Assembly: GCA_964016885.1 (NCBI GenBank)
Contig: OZ024761.1
Span: forward strand, 30,318,001 to 30,382,000
Direction of reading: 5' to 3'
Length of the DNA stretch: 64,000 bases
DNA from: Eledone cirrhosa
Taxonomy: Eukaryota
A program made the position numbers and the translations under genes. This document shows positions 63,118 through 64,000 of this stretch, piece after piece (the first letter of the stretch is position 1; each line of letters begins with the position of its first letter). The notes beneath the pieces were generated by a model. It was not told the DNA's origin. It was given only the letters and a program-made list of their open reading frames with translations, and ran no database searches.

Positions 63118-63340
63118 AGGGCGGTGGATTAGCAGTATCGGTAGAGGGTCGGACGCCAAGTTTTGCAGCATAGAGTTACGGCCCTTTATGATCTGTGTTC
63201 AAATCTCGCCGAGGTTAACTTTGCCTTTCATCCTTACGGGATCGATAAAATAAAGTACCAGTCACGCACTGGGGCCGATTTAATCGACTTTCCCCTCCCC
63301 TAAAATTGATGGCCTTCTGCCTATATAAGAAACCATTATT
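63118..63340 (+). mobile_element. Full-length B-SINE
   Basis: GGCGGTGGATTAGCAG head to ATTATTAT tail. Confidence 0.9.
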
Positions 63341-63584
63341 ATGGGCAAACAGGGTCCTACGCGTTCTTTGTTTTATTACCTCTCGTCTTTTTTATCTTGT
63401 TTGTTTGTTTTCTGATCAAGCACTGTATTGATTAGTCTATCTTTCGTTCCTGTTCCTCACCCTGGTAAAGCAATCATGTCATATAAGGACGGTCTGGGGA
63501 TTTTGCCAAAAACCTCTTCTCTTTACAATGGATTGCTCCACCCCAAACTTTCTATATCTTTCATTAACGACATTTCCTTCTCTT

Positions 63585-64000
63585 CGGTGGTGGTGGTGGT
63601 GCTGATGTCGGTGGTGTTGGTGGTGGTAGTGTCGGCGGTGGTGGTGGTGGTGGGAGTTGTGGTGGTGTCGGTGGTGGTGGTGGTGCTAGTGTCGGTGGTG
63701 GTGGTGGTGGTGGTGGTGGTGGTGGTGGTGGGAGTTGTGGTGGTGGTGGTGGTGCTAGTGTCGGTGGTGTCGGTGGTGTGTCAGTGGTGGTGGTTGTGAT
63801 AGTTTTTTGGTAGTGGTATTGTTTTTGTTGTTGGTGGTGGTAGTGGTGTTGGTGTAGGTGGTGGTTGTGGCAATGGTGCTGGTTGTGTCAGTGATGGTGG
63901 TGGTGGTGGTGGTGGTGATGGCTGTGGTAGTGGTGTTGTTGCTGTTGATGGTGTTGGTGGTGGTAGTGGCAGTGTAGGTGGTGGTTGTGGCAGTGATTGT
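63585..64000. repeat. (GGT)n repeat
   Basis: Direct reading. Confidence 0.93.

Overview
AT-rich, microsatellite-dominated eukaryotic DNA. The tRNA-headed SINEs and the extreme (TA)n/(CA)n/(ACC)n load resemble an octopod cephalopod genome (recall, not a search result). I cannot support any host protein-coding gene: almost all listed ORFs are translations of simple repeats, and the only recognisable coding sequence is two short LINE 3' fragments (RTE-like 30668-30907; CR1/L2-like 50757-51177). Ordinary repeats include SINE copies and arrays, two non-autonomous Helitrons, a Tc2-like MITE, a piggyBac-like MITE, satellites and a 200-N gap. The main signal is that most short 'unique' islands between (TA)n tracts belong to about 10 dissimilar families of 100-1250 bp non-coding elements with one shared design. 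(i) Most carry a type I hammerhead ribozyme (HHR) motif with a tiny, often palindromic stem III; I count about 25-30 intact or decayed motifs, including U3-A8 and U4C core variants and a class with a 60-100 nt stem II. (ii) AATAAA often follows the cleavage site. (iii) A TWGAGYRC motif recurs in the 3' tail. (iv) Insertions consist of two opposite-orientation arms whose 3' ends both face (TA)n, one ending at the true 3' end and one at an internal TA-like site. This fits (TA)n-targeted Penelope-like/retrozyme-type remnants integrated by two-ended priming. Ribozyme folds were assigned by eye and activity is untested. Element boundaries are approximate.
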